A stretch of 64,000 nt of DNA from a virus (lineage: Duplodnaviria > Caudoviricetes). Positions 48,225 to 58,295 of this stretch are shown here, in pieces. How positions within the stretch are numbered: position 1 is the first letter of the stretch; each line of letters begins with the position of its first letter. The stretch lies in IMG/VR virus record IMGVR_UViG_3300026187_001862, positions 62,257 to 126,256 of that record; one strand, given 5' to 3'. Under the pieces are notes generated by a model. The model searched no databases. It was not told the origin of the DNA and saw only the letters and a program-made list of their open reading frames with translations. The translations under genes were made by a program, and so were the position numbers.

Positions 48225-48424
48225 ACGTCACTATTATCATTCCATTTTAAAATTTCAATTTCTCCATCAGCATTTTTCTTGTGCCGTAAGAAGCCGTTTT
48301 CAATCAAGGTATCAATAGTTTTACCAGTTGCATCAATATACGTTGACTTTAGCATTAAGAAATATGTTGCAAAAGAACCTGCAAGATATGCTCCAAATAA
48401 CCACATTACATTCTCTGTAAACAT
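48221..48424 (-). CDS. membrane-anchored hypothetical protein
   Basis: Coupled ORF with N-terminal TM. Confidence 0.65.
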   Translation of the reverse strand: MFTENVMWLFGAYLAGSFATYFLMLKSTYIDATGKTIDTLIENGFLRHKKNADGEIEILKWNDNSDV

Positions 48425-48582
48425 TATGCTTTTACCGCCCTAAAATTTTCTCTGCTCCAACCTGTGTATTTGCTTGCGCTACCGTAACGCATATAACATT
48501 GAGTAATTGCGTCTTGTTCGTTAAGAGCCTTTACTAGATCAATATGTTTTTTACCTACATAGACATTGTAATAATAAAACAT
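48424..48582 (-). CDS. small protein (52 aa)
   Basis: MFYYYNVYVGKKHIDLVKAL...; TAATG coupling. Confidence 0.55.
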   Translation of the reverse strand: MFYYYNVYVGKKHIDLVKALNEQDAITQCYMRYGSASKYTGWSRENFRAVKA

Positions 48583-48584
48583 TT

Positions 48585-49430
48585 TTATACCTTATATAGT
48601 TTTACATAGTTAAGACGTGTTTCGTTTGCATCAAACAAACGATTCTTAGTCTGTGCTTTTACTTTGGCTTTGATACGCTTCATACTGCCAATCTCTTGAT
48701 CAAACTTGTTCATATAAGAAACAAGGTTGCCATCAGTAGTAACAGCAGTAAAGTTGTATGACTCCCACTGTGCGCTGTAACGCTTGTCAAGAATTTTTAT
48801 CACAGCCTCTACACTATCTTTTTCTTTACCTAAGTGCTGGCTATCACGATACTCTACACGGATTTCTTTCTTTAGTCCGCTTTCATGTTGATCACGTGCG
48901 ATAAATTCTGGAGCAAATGCAATACGACCCATACCCATAACCTTAACTTCGTCTTGCGATAGTTCTTTAACCATATCTGCTTTGAAGCCGTCCAAGTCAC
49001 CTAAACCCAACATCACATAACGCTTCATCCACTTGAGTGCTTCTTGTACGCTTGCATAGTCTGCTTCAGTGGGCTCAAACATTTCAAAGTCTGAAGGCAA
49101 CCATTGTGCATCGCTAGTGTTTAATTTCTTCTGCCAATAAAACTTAACAAGGTCTTTGTTAGGAAATTGCGTAGACGCTTCTTCAAATCTACGCAAATCT
49201 TTAATGTAAGTTTTTTTATTAATACGGTATGCCGCATATGCAACAGCAAGTGCGTCTGTAAGTTTTACAGTCTTAGGGGGAAGCGGTTTAGAATAACGAG
49301 AACGCTTCACTTCTGCATCCTCGTCTGCAAGTTCGTAAGCGAGTTCGTTACGCTTAAATTCTTGTTTACTCATGTTGCCCCAATCTTGATTTGCCCATCC
49401 AATTGGATTGTAATTTGTCGTTGCTGACAT
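48585..49430 (-). CDS. hypothetical protein with possible C-terminal OB fold
   Basis: IKAKVKAQ...ETRLNYVK tail; has its own promoter. Confidence 0.7.
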   Translation of the reverse strand: MSATTNYNPIGWANQDWGNMSKQEFKRNELAYELADEDAEVKRSRYSKPLPPKTVKLTDALAVAYAAYRINKKTYIKDLRRFEEASTQFPNKDLVKFYWQKKLNTSDAQWLPSDFEMFEPTEADYASVQEALKWMKRYVMLGLGDLDGFKADMVKELSQDEVKVMGMGRIAFAPEFIARDQHESGLKKEIRVEYRDSQHLGKEKDSVEAVIKILDKRYSAQWESYNFTAVTTDGNLVSYMNKFDQEIGSMKRIKAKVKAQTKNRLFDANETRLNYVKLYKV

Positions 49431-49433
49431 TGT

Positions 49434-49495
49434 GTGTGCCTCTGTGTTTGCCTAACTATTAATAATAGTATAGTGTCAAAGGCACACGTTGTCAA
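49434..49495 (-). promoter_or_regulatory. sigma70-type promoter with anti-RBS spacer
   Basis: TTGACA-17-TATACT; GTGTGCCTTTG pairs with CAGAGGCACAC. Confidence 0.75.
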
Positions 49496-49498
49496 CCA

Positions 49499-50515
49499 TT
49501 ATTCAAACAATTCTTCGAAGATTTCTTCATTAATTTGAGGTCTTTCCATGCCAGGATGACGAACTTTTGAATTATCTTTTGGAATCTTTTGGTATATTTC
49601 CTCAGGAACAAAGAATCGATCCATAACACCTTTAATACGTTGCCAGTCAGTTCCTAGATCATTTCCTTGGAAATCTGTAGTTACATAGTTGCCAACTTGC
49701 TTATGAAATAAGTCAAACATATCCTGCGGAGTATAGCCAAATTTCTTACACTGTGCTTCTACTATTTCTAGTTGTACTACAGGACGACAACGTTGAATAG
49801 TTTGTAGAGCACCTTTAAGAATAGGATATTCATATCCTTCGCAATCTACTTTGATTGCATCAACATTTTCAAAGTTATAACTATCTAATGTATTAACTGT
49901 TACATCATACACTTCATACTTTGTCTTTTGCTTGCGTTCTTCCGTAAGAATACAGTTGTGTCCTACATTGTTAGGATGATCTTCCATTTGGAAACTGCCA
50001 GCAACATCACCCAGTCCTACATTGTGCAAATGTACATCAGCACTCATTGTTAAACTTGCAAATGTTTTGTCAGGAAACTTATACCATCCATCTGCATGAT
50101 CAGGATCATGTTCACTCATTACTTTTTGACTGTTGTAGTAACGTCCTTTAAGTTCTACATGTTGGTTAAGTTCTACATTAGCTTGTGCTAATGCAAATGT
50201 GCTAGGGGTAGGTTCAAAGCCGTGAACTGTTTGAGCCCATGTGGCATACTCCATTGTATTGTTAGCAACATTCATTCCAACATCAACGATAGTACGAGCA
50301 TTAGGTAAGCACTTGCGTAACCATTTTAAATTTCTGCCTTGGTACGGACCGTTTTCTCTTGCAAAGCGTTGCACATATAGCGCATCATCTTTCCATACCC
50401 AATATAAACGACCCATGCGATTGTGTATTAGGTCTTTAGTAGTATCTGCCTGTAATTGAGGATATAATGTTTTAAAAAGATTTATATCCCATTCTTGCCA
50501 TTTATAATTTTTCAT
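49499..50515 (-). CDS. FkbM-family methyltransferase
   Basis: VDVGMN, GFEP, KVDCEGYE. Confidence 0.85.
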   Translation of the reverse strand: MKNYKWQEWDINLFKTLYPQLQADTTKDLIHNRMGRLYWVWKDDALYVQRFARENGPYQGRNLKWLRKCLPNARTIVDVGMNVANNTMEYATWAQTVHGFEPTPSTFALAQANVELNQHVELKGRYYNSQKVMSEHDPDHADGWYKFPDKTFASLTMSADVHLHNVGLGDVAGSFQMEDHPNNVGHNCILTEERKQKTKYEVYDVTVNTLDSYNFENVDAIKVDCEGYEYPILKGALQTIQRCRPVVQLEIVEAQCKKFGYTPQDMFDLFHKQVGNYVTTDFQGNDLGTDWQRIKGVMDRFFVPEEIYQKIPKDNSKVRHPGMERPQINEEIFEELFE

Positions 50516-51429
50516 GCCTTTTTCCATCTGTCTTTAAACTTGTCAGGATAAAAGTTAGTAGCAATTTCTGCTGCATCATTCCTAACAAGAATATCTAAGT
50601 TCGTATCATTTAGAACTGGGCTTGTACTGCTCTTAGGTTCTTTGTTATACGTACTATTATATATTTCTTCTTTGAAAGTGTCAAGTTGAATCCGGCTTAT
50701 GTTTTCTAACTTAGCTCTAAATTCTTGGAAGTAAGCATTTCGATTCCAGCGGTTACTGTTGACTTCTTGTATTGTGCAGTTTGTAACTTCTTCAAAACCG
50801 TCGTCTGTAAACTGTAGGACATTTGCACCTACATTAGCATAACGCCAAAAAGGAGCAATGTTGTTGTTTAGATTATCGCCACCATCTTTGCGCTCTGTAT
50901 TGTGTACAGTAACAACAAGACTGTGATCGACAACAAAACGAACCATGCTCAAAGGATCAATTTTGTTATTGCTTAGAATTTTATTCAGCAACAATACTTT
51001 AATATTGTTGACTTGAAAATTATGCTCGCAATGAAAGCCGCCTTCCTTGGTGTGGAACTCTTTTGTTGTGAGTCCACCTAAGCCTAACTTTTGCATTTCT
51101 AGTAGGGCACGACCTGTAATCAAATCAGCACCACTGTTGCCTGTCTTCTGTGTTGTATTTAGAACATCACTTTGTGTTTCGCGAATACAAAACCCTAGTG
51201 CATTATAGTTTTCATTACTAGCAGTCTTATATCCTTCTCCAGCACTAGATCCGCCCATAAAGTGATGTTTGAACCAATGATATTCATTTAGTTCTTCTAT
51301 GTCTTTTGTGTTCACAGCATTAGCAAACGAACGCAAATCACTTGCTAAAAAATGTAAACGCAATCCCCACTTACAAGCCCTTTCAATTTGCTTGTTTACA
51401 TCTTGATTTAAAAATTTTACGATATTCAT
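50512..51429 (-). CDS. hypothetical protein
   Basis: ATGA-coupled; HCEH motif. Confidence 0.7.
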   Translation of the reverse strand: MNIVKFLNQDVNKQIERACKWGLRLHFLASDLRSFANAVNTKDIEELNEYHWFKHHFMGGSSAGEGYKTASNENYNALGFCIRETQSDVLNTTQKTGNSGADLITGRALLEMQKLGLGGLTTKEFHTKEGGFHCEHNFQVNNIKVLLLNKILSNNKIDPLSMVRFVVDHSLVVTVHNTERKDGGDNLNNNIAPFWRYANVGANVLQFTDDGFEEVTNCTIQEVNSNRWNRNAYFQEFRAKLENISRIQLDTFKEEIYNSTYNKEPKSSTSPVLNDTNLDILVRNDAAEIATNFYPDKFKDRWKKA

Positions 51430-51830
51430 ATTGTCTCCTTCAACATCTTAACAATATTCTCATATCGATGAATATCTTCGTGTGTTGCATTATTTTTTAG
51501 CGTGTTACATTTGTTGCAGATAATCCAAAAGTTTTCAATACTGTCTACTCCGCCTTTGCTTCTGGGAATCTTATGATCAGTACTAGGAGTGTTTTCGTCT
51601 AGCTTGCCTTTGTTGTTTTTACCAATTCCGTAGTCTAGTCTACTTCCGCAACAACTACAAGCTTCTTCACACAGTGCAAGATAAGGTTCATACTCTACAC
51701 CCCATTTTTGAGAATTAGTCCATGCCCATACTACTCTTAGATCACCAGTCTCACAAACTTTGCGATATAAATCTCTAGTTAAATAAGTTCCAGGGTCGTA
51801 TTTTTTATACATCTTCCTCCTCCCACTCAA
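51426..51830 (-). CDS. HNH endonuclease
   Basis: CSCC...DHKIPRSKGG...N..IICNKCN..K. Confidence 0.88.
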   Translation of the reverse strand: MSGRRKMYKKYDPGTYLTRDLYRKVCETGDLRVVWAWTNSQKWGVEYEPYLALCEEACSCCGSRLDYGIGKNNKGKLDENTPSTDHKIPRSKGGVDSIENFWIICNKCNTLKNNATHEDIHRYENIVKMLKETI

Positions 51831-52785
51831 CTAATGGCATATCAATTTCAAATGGTTTATCAACAAGAGATGTTTGATAAGTTTTGTTATACACATCAAT
51901 CAAACCACTTGCTACTTTTTCTTTGACACCCATACCTTTGTAGTTAGTAGGATATGCTTGTACAAACTCTTCCTTGATGTCTAAATGTAGTCTGTCTGCG
52001 CTTTCAAAAAACCCTGCGCCGCAACTAAACAGATCATCAAATGTTTCTTCGTCGTATACGCCTGCCTGCTCCATAAGGTCTTTGACTTTTAAGAAGCCCA
52101 TCATGGTTGCAGTTTTAATATTCTCATTAGGCCAATATAACCGATATTTGCTTAGAACTTCGTACACTGCATCATTACCGTAATCCTCTACAGCATTATA
52201 TAAATCTGTCATGTGTGTAATTGACCCAGGGCGGCTAATTTTATAACCAGTTTCACAATTTGCTTTTTGTACCGTTTCTTCAATTGCAATAGCATCTGCG
52301 TAACCCATTTTGCAATGTTGCTCATGTATAAAATATTTTGCCATAGGTTGTTGATCAGTATTCAATGCTAGTAGCATTTCTGATTCTACATTTTCGTCAT
52401 CGCTTTCAACGTAAAACATAGGAATAGGTGCATCAGGATACATACTTACATAAGCAATTAAATGTTGCTGACCGTCTGCTAGATGATAAAACCCTGCACT
52501 ATCTTTACGTGCTTGACCTGGAGTCATCACGTAAGTTTTCCACTTACCTGCAAGTTTCTTAATATGTACAGGTTCTGGATAACGTTGACGATCATAATTA
52601 ATAAGCACATTTTCAGAACTTACCCATGCAAACTTTAGGGTAGTTTGCGGATCATCATTTTTAAGTTTGAGTTTACCTGTTCGTTGAGTTACTAAACGTG
52701 CAACTTTCTTGATAGGTACATTACGGTTTTTGCGTCCTTCTGAGGGATCAAAAGGTGCTAAGGTTAGTTTTGTTTTTGACATCAT
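51805..52785 (-). CDS. ParB/DGQHR-like domain protein
   Basis: YDRQR...LADGQQH...LN; promoter TTGACA-17-TATATT upstream. Confidence 0.65.
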   Translation of the reverse strand: MMSKTKLTLAPFDPSEGRKNRNVPIKKVARLVTQRTGKLKLKNDDPQTTLKFAWVSSENVLINYDRQRYPEPVHIKKLAGKWKTYVMTPGQARKDSAGFYHLADGQQHLIAYVSMYPDAPIPMFYVESDDENVESEMLLALNTDQQPMAKYFIHEQHCKMGYADAIAIEETVQKANCETGYKISRPGSITHMTDLYNAVEDYGNDAVYEVLSKYRLYWPNENIKTATMMGFLKVKDLMEQAGVYDEETFDDLFSCGAGFFESADRLHLDIKEEFVQAYPTNYKGMGVKEKVASGLIDVYNKTYQTSLVDKPFEIDMPLVEWEEEDV

Positions 52786-52845
52786 TACACTCCGTGTCTT
52801 TGTCGTTGCGTTATATAGTTAATATAGCATTAATAATCACATATG

Positions 52846-53313
52846 TCAACCATTAATGTCATATGTCCATTTGTATTTTCCAAGATCATTTGCTTCGCAA
52901 TATTGAATAAACAATCCTGCTTCTCTACCATGTGCTTCAATTTCCCACGGACTGTCCCAGTAACTTAAATTATTACTGACCCACTTGCCTTGCCAGCGAT
53001 GCTTTGCATTACGTGCTCCTACATAAAGCTCGCCTCTAGCATACTGTTTGACATGCACAAGTTCGTGTGCAAGAACTTCTAAAAGTCTACGTAGTTTCAT
53101 GCCTTTATGCAATTCGATTTCAAATGTTCGCGGGCGATCGTGCCACTGCTCGTCATTTGACAAACAGTATCCATATGCATCTTCTAATTTTACTAGTTTA
53201 ATATGAATATCTAGATCTTTAATTCTTGGCATTAACTTCTTGCAAACGAATTCAGTCATAGATCGTATGTGTTTCTTTTGACTTGCAGTTCCGCCAGTAA
53301 TTTTAACTTGCAT
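52846..53313 (-). CDS. zinc metallopeptidase-like protein
   Basis: LAHELVHVKQ and PWEIEA. Confidence 0.8.
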   Translation of the reverse strand: MQVKITGGTASQKKHIRSMTEFVCKKLMPRIKDLDIHIKLVKLEDAYGYCLSNDEQWHDRPRTFEIELHKGMKLRRLLEVLAHELVHVKQYARGELYVGARNAKHRWQGKWVSNNLSYWDSPWEIEAHGREAGLFIQYCEANDLGKYKWTYDING

Positions 53314-53375
53314 AGCTACTCCTACTGTTCTTGTAAATATGTATATATTATAGCAAAAATAGCTATGCTTGTCAA
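53310..53375 (-). promoter_or_regulatory. sigma70-type promoter with spacer complementary to RBS and start codon
   Basis: TTGACA-17-TATAAT; GCATAGCTATTTTT pairs with AGGAGTAGCTATGC. Confidence 0.75.
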
Positions 53376-53406
53376 GTTTTTAAAGACTAAGAAAATCAAT
53401 AACTTA

Positions 53407-53742
53407 CTAATCTTCTTGGGTTAACTCGTCATCTACAGTAGGAGTTTTATAACCCTTTAGAGCAGTATCGTCTGTTACTTTACCTAGTCTTTCATTTCTA
53501 GAATTTTTAACAAACTCTTTTAGTTTTGCTACAGATCCTGGTCCTTCCCAAACACTATTAAGTTCTTCGTTAATTTCATCTAAAGAAATAGCTGAAAGAG
53601 TATGTCCTCGTCCTATCCATTTATTTTCTATTCTATCGTAAAATTTTTCGAATAGATACTCTTGTAGTGTCTCGGCAATGAGTGAGTGATCTGAGATGTT
53701 GAATGTGCCAGAAAAAGTGTCTAGCGTTCCTGTGTTTGACAT
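53407..53742 (-). CDS. hypothetical protein
   Basis: GAGGA RBS. Confidence 0.7.
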   Translation of the reverse strand: MSNTGTLDTFSGTFNISDHSLIAETLQEYLFEKFYDRIENKWIGRGHTLSAISLDEINEELNSVWEGPGSVAKLKEFVKNSRNERLGKVTDDTALKGYKTPTVDDELTQED

Positions 53743-53751
53743 AAAGTCCTC

Positions 53752-53970
53752 TTATTGTCTGTAAGTGATCCGGCCTTTGTTAAGATCGTAGGGTGACATT
53801 TCAACCTTTACACTATCACCTAAAACCAATCTTATTCTATGTTGTCGTAACTTGCCGCCGGTGTAGCAAGTTATAACATGCTCGTTTTGAAGTTTTACCT
53901 TAAACATTTGATTCGGAAGGACGTCAATAATTTCGCCTTCAACTTCTATAATGCCATCATTCTTGGCCAT
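53752..53970 (-). CDS. infA: translation initiation factor IF-1
   Basis: IEVEG...LPN.MFKVKL...[21 protein letters not shown]. Confidence 0.95.
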   Translation of the reverse strand: MAKNDGIIEVEGEIIDVLPNQMFKVKLQNEHVITCYTGGKLRQHRIRLVLGDSVKVEMSPYDLNKGRITYRQ

Positions 53971-54148
53971 TTGTCTCCTTCTTAGAAATGGATATTTTTC
54001 CATCTTCTGATTGTATTACTAGTGTGTCACCTTCTTTCCAACCCATTTGTTCTAAAATTTCAGGTGGTATTGTCATTAACACATTTTCTTCGTCGCCTGG
54101 AATATCTTCAAAGATATCTTCTGCTTTGTATGTTGTAATCTTTGCCAT
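53957..54148 (-). CDS. AbrB/SpoVT-like protein
   Basis: [17 protein letters not shown]. Confidence 0.75.
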   Translation of the reverse strand: MAKITTYKAEDIFEDIPGDEENVLMTIPPEILEQMGWKEGDTLVIQSEDGKISISKKETNGQE

Positions 54149-54155
54149 AGTGTAT

Positions 54156-54398
54156 TTACTTCTTACCTAATAGTTTTAAATTTAATACAAAGTTTTCAAC
54201 CATTAATTTTACAATAATTGCTCCGTCTGTGAGCGGATTTCTTTCCATTTCAAGTACATGCGTTGCCATCATTGTAAAGGCTTGTTCTTCTGTAATATTA
54301 AGTTCGCTCCAATCAATTGGATCGACGCTATCACATTCTTTAGCAAGTTCAACTAAATTGCGAACTGCTTCATTGTCCACTTCAAACATTTCACTCAT
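54156..54398 (-). CDS. hypothetical protein, paralog of 46240-46521
   Basis: KLMVENFVL; promoter TTGACA-17-TACAAT. Confidence 0.7.
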   Translation of the reverse strand: MSEMFEVDNEAVRNLVELAKECDSVDPIDWSELNITEEQAFTMMATHVLEMERNPLTDGAIIVKLMVENFVLNLKLLGKK

Positions 54399-54462
54399 AA
54401 TTAAATCCTTATAATATAATTGTATTACCTTTTTATTGTTTTGTCAACCTGGTAAATACTAT

Positions 54463-54891
54463 ATGGAAGATGCGTATCGTGTTGCATTTTACGATGTTGT
54501 AAAAGAAACGCAAGCCAAAACAGGTTATGATTTACCAGAAAACCTTGAGGCTTACGTTGTAATGCTTTTGGCTCATAACATTGATCGTCCTGATTTCTTG
54601 CCTGAAGATTCTTTTGCTCAAGCATATCTAAAACTTAGCCGTCCTGCTGATTTGAGTGCAAAAGAACTTGGTGATACTTGTCTCTTTGTTACAGGTGTAT
54701 TTCCTACTTACGGTCGTAAACATGGTATTAATCGTCGCTACTATCAAGATATAGGAATTGGTTCATATGAAATGGTAGCAGAAGTAATGCACAGAGATTT
54801 ATTTTCACAATTAGCATTACATTTTGATTTTCTAAGTAATTTTATTGAAGTTGTAACCAATAACGACAAAGACATATTTAATCTTTACTAA
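54463..54891 (+). CDS. hypothetical protein
   Basis: Start MEDAY 4 nt after GTAAATA; KELGDTCLFVTGVFP motif. Confidence 0.7.
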   Translation: MEDAYRVAFYDVVKETQAKTGYDLPENLEAYVVMLLAHNIDRPDFLPEDSFAQAYLKLSRPADLSAKELGDTCLFVTGVFPTYGRKHGINRRYYQDIGIGSYEMVAEVMHRDLFSQLALHFDFLSNFIEVVTNNDKDIFNLY

Positions 54892-56215
54892 TATCAGTAA
54901 GAGTTACAAAAAGAGGACCTTTGTTAATGATGTTACGGAAATAATATCCGTTTTTCTTTTCTTCGCCTTTTGCACGAATTTCAACTAATACTTTTTTACT
55001 TTTTGGATCGCCAATTCTAATTGTAGGTTCTTGAGTGCTTGCCATTTGTGCAACAAGATTCATTCCTGCATCTTGCATCTCGTCTAATTTTTCAGCATCT
55101 AGTATATATGTGCCTTTCTTAGTTCCTGTAAACTGTTTTAGGACAACACCTTCTTCGTCTCTGCGCATCCAATATTTTAATGCAATAATTAACTTTTTAA
55201 TAAAATCATTTTCACCTTCATCTGATTGTAATTGTTGGTTTATTGCATCAACAGCAGATTCGTATGCATGTCTATATGCAGTAAAGTATTTTCCGCTATT
55301 CCATAATTCAGCAAACTTTTGTTTTGCAGGTTCAATGTCAATTATTTGTGTTCTTCCGTGTACGCCAAATAGTTCTTTGTTAATAATGTCAAATCTATCT
55401 TCTGCAGGTAGAGTAGTTCTTCCGCCGCCTACTTGGTGAATTTGTCCTGTTGATCCTGCTTTTATGCTATAACCTTTGTACTTACGTTCTGTTTCGTTAT
55501 CAAAGTTAATGTCTGTTTTTGTTTCTGTTTCGCCGCTTACACCATCACCTATGACACTGACACTATCAAACTTACCGTTTTTTTCATACATATCAGCAAA
55601 TCGACCTGATTCTCTATTAGCGTCATCAATAATATTGTTTGCAATGTTAGCAATTTTTTTGTATTGGTAAATTTTATCAAGTTGCTTAAATGCATTAAAC
55701 TGTTCTGGTTTTAAAGATACTGTAACCCTAAACTCATCTGCAATATCGCTATCTACTTCTTTTGCTTTTAGAACTAGAGTTTTTCCGTTTTCTAGTCTAT
55801 TAACAATAGGATATAAGCTATCTAGTGTAATAGGCTTGCTAGGACGAGTAATTAGTCTTGCAAATGCAGCAACAGCATGAATGCCTTCTGCTACTTCGCC
55901 TGCGTTAAAAGCGATTTGATCTTCAGATGTGCCTTTTGCAATTCTTTTAATTTCGGGTGATTTATAAATCATTTTTACTTGGATTTGATCAACGTCTTTG
56001 CCATTTTGATCTTGTCCTTTTCCAGAAATGCCGCCTTCCATACTATTAACTTGCTGCCCAGGATCTGGTTGAAAAGTGTATTGTCCGCTTTTACCCATTG
56101 CAAAAGAACTATTATTTTTTAATAACTCGTTAACAGCATCTATGTAGCCAGGTTGACTACTCATATTTGCTACACCGATAACTTCTTCGTTAAGTTTAAA
56201 ATCACGATAACGCAT
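54878..56215 (-). CDS. late hypothetical protein, possible PD-(D/E)xK nuclease fold
   Basis: KTDI...YSIK motif; late motif at 56239-56246. Confidence 0.6.
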   Translation of the reverse strand: MRYRDFKLNEEVIGVANMSSQPGYIDAVNELLKNNSSFAMGKSGQYTFQPDPGQQVNSMEGGISGKGQDQNGKDVDQIQVKMIYKSPEIKRIAKGTSEDQIAFNAGEVAEGIHAVAAFARLITRPSKPITLDSLYPIVNRLENGKTLVLKAKEVDSDIADEFRVTVSLKPEQFNAFKQLDKIYQYKKIANIANNIIDDANRESGRFADMYEKNGKFDSVSVIGDGVSGETETKTDINFDNETERKYKGYSIKAGSTGQIHQVGGGRTTLPAEDRFDIINKELFGVHGRTQIIDIEPAKQKFAELWNSGKYFTAYRHAYESAVDAINQQLQSDEGENDFIKKLIIALKYWMRRDEEGVVLKQFTGTKKGTYILDAEKLDEMQDAGMNLVAQMASTQEPTIRIGDPKSKKVLVEIRAKGEEKKNGYYFRNIINKGPLFVTLTDISKD

Positions 56216-56241
56216 TGCTTAATTCCTACTCTATAATATAT

Positions 56242-56934
56242 TTATGTAATTTTAGGAAACAACATATCTCTACAGAATACTTCTACATCTTCTTCTGGCA
56301 ATCCTAAAGATTTCATTACATTTGCTGTATGTGGATTTTGTTGTTGGTTATGACAATAATAATTCTGTGCAGTTTCTACTAAAGTACTATCTCCAAAACC
56401 GTCAAACTGCGGAACTTCTTGAAACCAAGCACGGAGATTGTCTAATGCTATTTGTATAATTGCTACTGCTTCTTCTTCTGTTTTTACATTGCCTGCGGCA
56501 AGCATTTTATCAGTAAAAATGTTGCGAGCCCATTCAGGTAGCTCACGCTGCTTCTTAGGAATAAACTCTTCTACGCTTTCTTTGTATCCATCAATCATAG
56601 GATGGTCTATTGTAGCACTTGGCGAAAAATCATGAAATGCACCAGTCATTTTATTCTTGCCTGCGATAACATCAAAACCGTATATTGGTGCATCGTTGTT
56701 TAGTTGTGGGAAGCAACACACATGCATCATCCACAAGCCTTTAGAATCACGAGCATCTACAACATCAATATGAGCCCGCCTAACACTATCATTACTCCAT
56801 ACCCGATTAATCCAACCATTATCTGGTTGATTGAATTTTGAAAGTCCCGGCTCTTCGATTTCTTGAGCATTTTCATTAAATATTCCAATAATTTCGTTTT
56901 GACACTCAATTAGCTTTTCCCAGATAAAACTCAT
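56242..56934 (-). CDS. pcyX: ferredoxin-dependent bilin reductase (PcyX type)
   Basis: RRAHIDVVD, PIYGFDVIAG, GAFHDFSP, QNYYC..QQQNPHT. Confidence 0.88.
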   Translation of the reverse strand: MSFIWEKLIECQNEIIGIFNENAQEIEEPGLSKFNQPDNGWINRVWSNDSVRRAHIDVVDARDSKGLWMMHVCCFPQLNNDAPIYGFDVIAGKNKMTGAFHDFSPSATIDHPMIDGYKESVEEFIPKKQRELPEWARNIFTDKMLAAGNVKTEEEAVAIIQIALDNLRAWFQEVPQFDGFGDSTLVETAQNYYCHNQQQNPHTANVMKSLGLPEEDVEVFCRDMLFPKIT

Positions 56935-57485
56935 ACTGTTTCTTTTGCCTCTTCCATTTGTTGAAAAAGTTTTGTTGCAAAATCAAAACAAACTTTTGCT
57001 TCATCTGCCATCGAATCGTCTAATTTTTCTCTTATTTTGTTCTTTAGTTCTTCTGTATCGCTGTCAAATTTATAATAACGGCCTGATCCTGGTACACGTT
57101 TTGCAATCATCTGTCCGCCGCTTAGGTCTCCCATATGTCTTACATATATGTGTGCCATTAATTTCTCAGGATCATCTTTTATAGTTAAGAGGTAATCCAT
57201 ATATTCTTTTACAACAGGTAGCAAGGGTGGCTGATGAGGATTAGCTTCTCCCCAAAGTTCTTGATAATCAGCATGAATACGTGGTGCCCTCCGTAATTCA
57301 GTAATGCCGTCTAGTAATCCGTGAACCATAGATAGCATTTCTAGCATATTATACTGAGGATGCTGATTAAACAAATAAGTTGCATAACGCTCATCAGTTA
57401 TGTTTCCGCCAAACATTTCTTTTACAAACGCTTGACGTTCTGCATTTTTATGATGTTTCCAGGTAAGTTCTTTTAAATTGCTCAT
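56931..57485 (-). CDS. hemO: heme oxygenase
   Basis: LKELT...H..AE, AHIYVRHMGDLSGGQ. Confidence 0.93.
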   Translation of the reverse strand: MSNLKELTWKHHKNAERQAFVKEMFGGNITDERYATYLFNQHPQYNMLEMLSMVHGLLDGITELRRAPRIHADYQELWGEANPHQPPLLPVVKEYMDYLLTIKDDPEKLMAHIYVRHMGDLSGGQMIAKRVPGSGRYYKFDSDTEELKNKIREKLDDSMADEAKVCFDFATKLFQQMEEAKETV

Positions 57486-57787
57486 TCTATCTCAATTTTA
57501 ACGTTTAATGGAAATCCATTATTTCTACTCAAACTAATAACTTCATTAGATTTCATTTCTGCTATTTCGTAATTATATGTTCCTACAACAGCAGATCCTT
57601 CATTATGAATTTGCATAGTTAAGTTTTCACTAGAAGATTGTGAATGTTGAAATACTGTTTGAAGAATATGTATAACAAAATCTATAGGTGTATGATTATC
57701 ATTAAGCATAATGACATTATACTTAGAAGGAATTTTATCTTCTATTTTGATTTTTTCGTCAATTACTACTTCTGTTTCTAAACTCAT
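57482..57787 (-). CDS. clpS: ClpS adaptor
   Basis: YNVIMLNDNHTP.DFV, IH.EG.AVVG, FPL. Confidence 0.92.
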   Translation of the reverse strand: MSLETEVVIDEKIKIEDKIPSKYNVIMLNDNHTPIDFVIHILQTVFQHSQSSSENLTMQIHNEGSAVVGTYNYEIAEMKSNEVISLSRNNGFPLNVKIEIE

Positions 57788-57800
57788 TTAGTTCTCCTTT

Positions 57801-57828
57801 AAAATGGGGGAGTATAAAACTCCCCCTA
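57801..57828 (-). terminator. GC-rich hairpin between hsp20 and clpS
   Basis: GGGGGAGT-TTTAT-ACTCCCCC followed by ATTTT. Confidence 0.55.
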
Positions 57829-57833
57829 GACAA

Positions 57834-58295
57834 TTACTTGCTGTCTAATTCGCCTTCTAATGTAAGATTAGAATTAATCTTAATTTTCTTAGGCTGTAGT
57901 TCTTCAGGAACTTCACGCTTCAAATGAATATTAAGCATACCTAGTTCAAGGCCTGCATTTTGTACTTCAACGTGATCAGCAAGTGTAAACTCTCTACGGA
58001 AGTTGCGTCCGCCGATTCCTTTGTGTAGGTAGTTTACTGTTTCATCACCTTTCGGAGATGTACCTTCTACTCTCAAAATGTTACCGTCCTTAGTAATTTC
58101 TAAGTTGTCCATACCAAAGCCTGCAACTGCAAGAGAGATCATATACTCATCTTCGTTGATTTGTGCAATGTTGTATGGAGGGTAACCGTTTGATTGCGAA
58201 TTAGCAAAAGTTCTTTCTAATTCATCAAACATTCTATCAAAGCCAATAGTTGCTCTGTGAAAGTTAGGTAGGTCTAGAGTTGTTAGTCTTGTCAT
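57834..58295 (-). CDS. small heat-shock protein (IbpA/Hsp20)
   Basis: IGFDRMF, YPPYNI, AVAGF, YLHKGI..R.F.REF.LA. Confidence 0.95.
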   Translation of the reverse strand: MTRLTTLDLPNFHRATIGFDRMFDELERTFANSQSNGYPPYNIAQINEDEYMISLAVAGFGMDNLEITKDGNILRVEGTSPKGDETVNYLHKGIGGRNFRREFTLADHVEVQNAGLELGMLNIHLKREVPEELQPKKIKINSNLTLEGELDSK

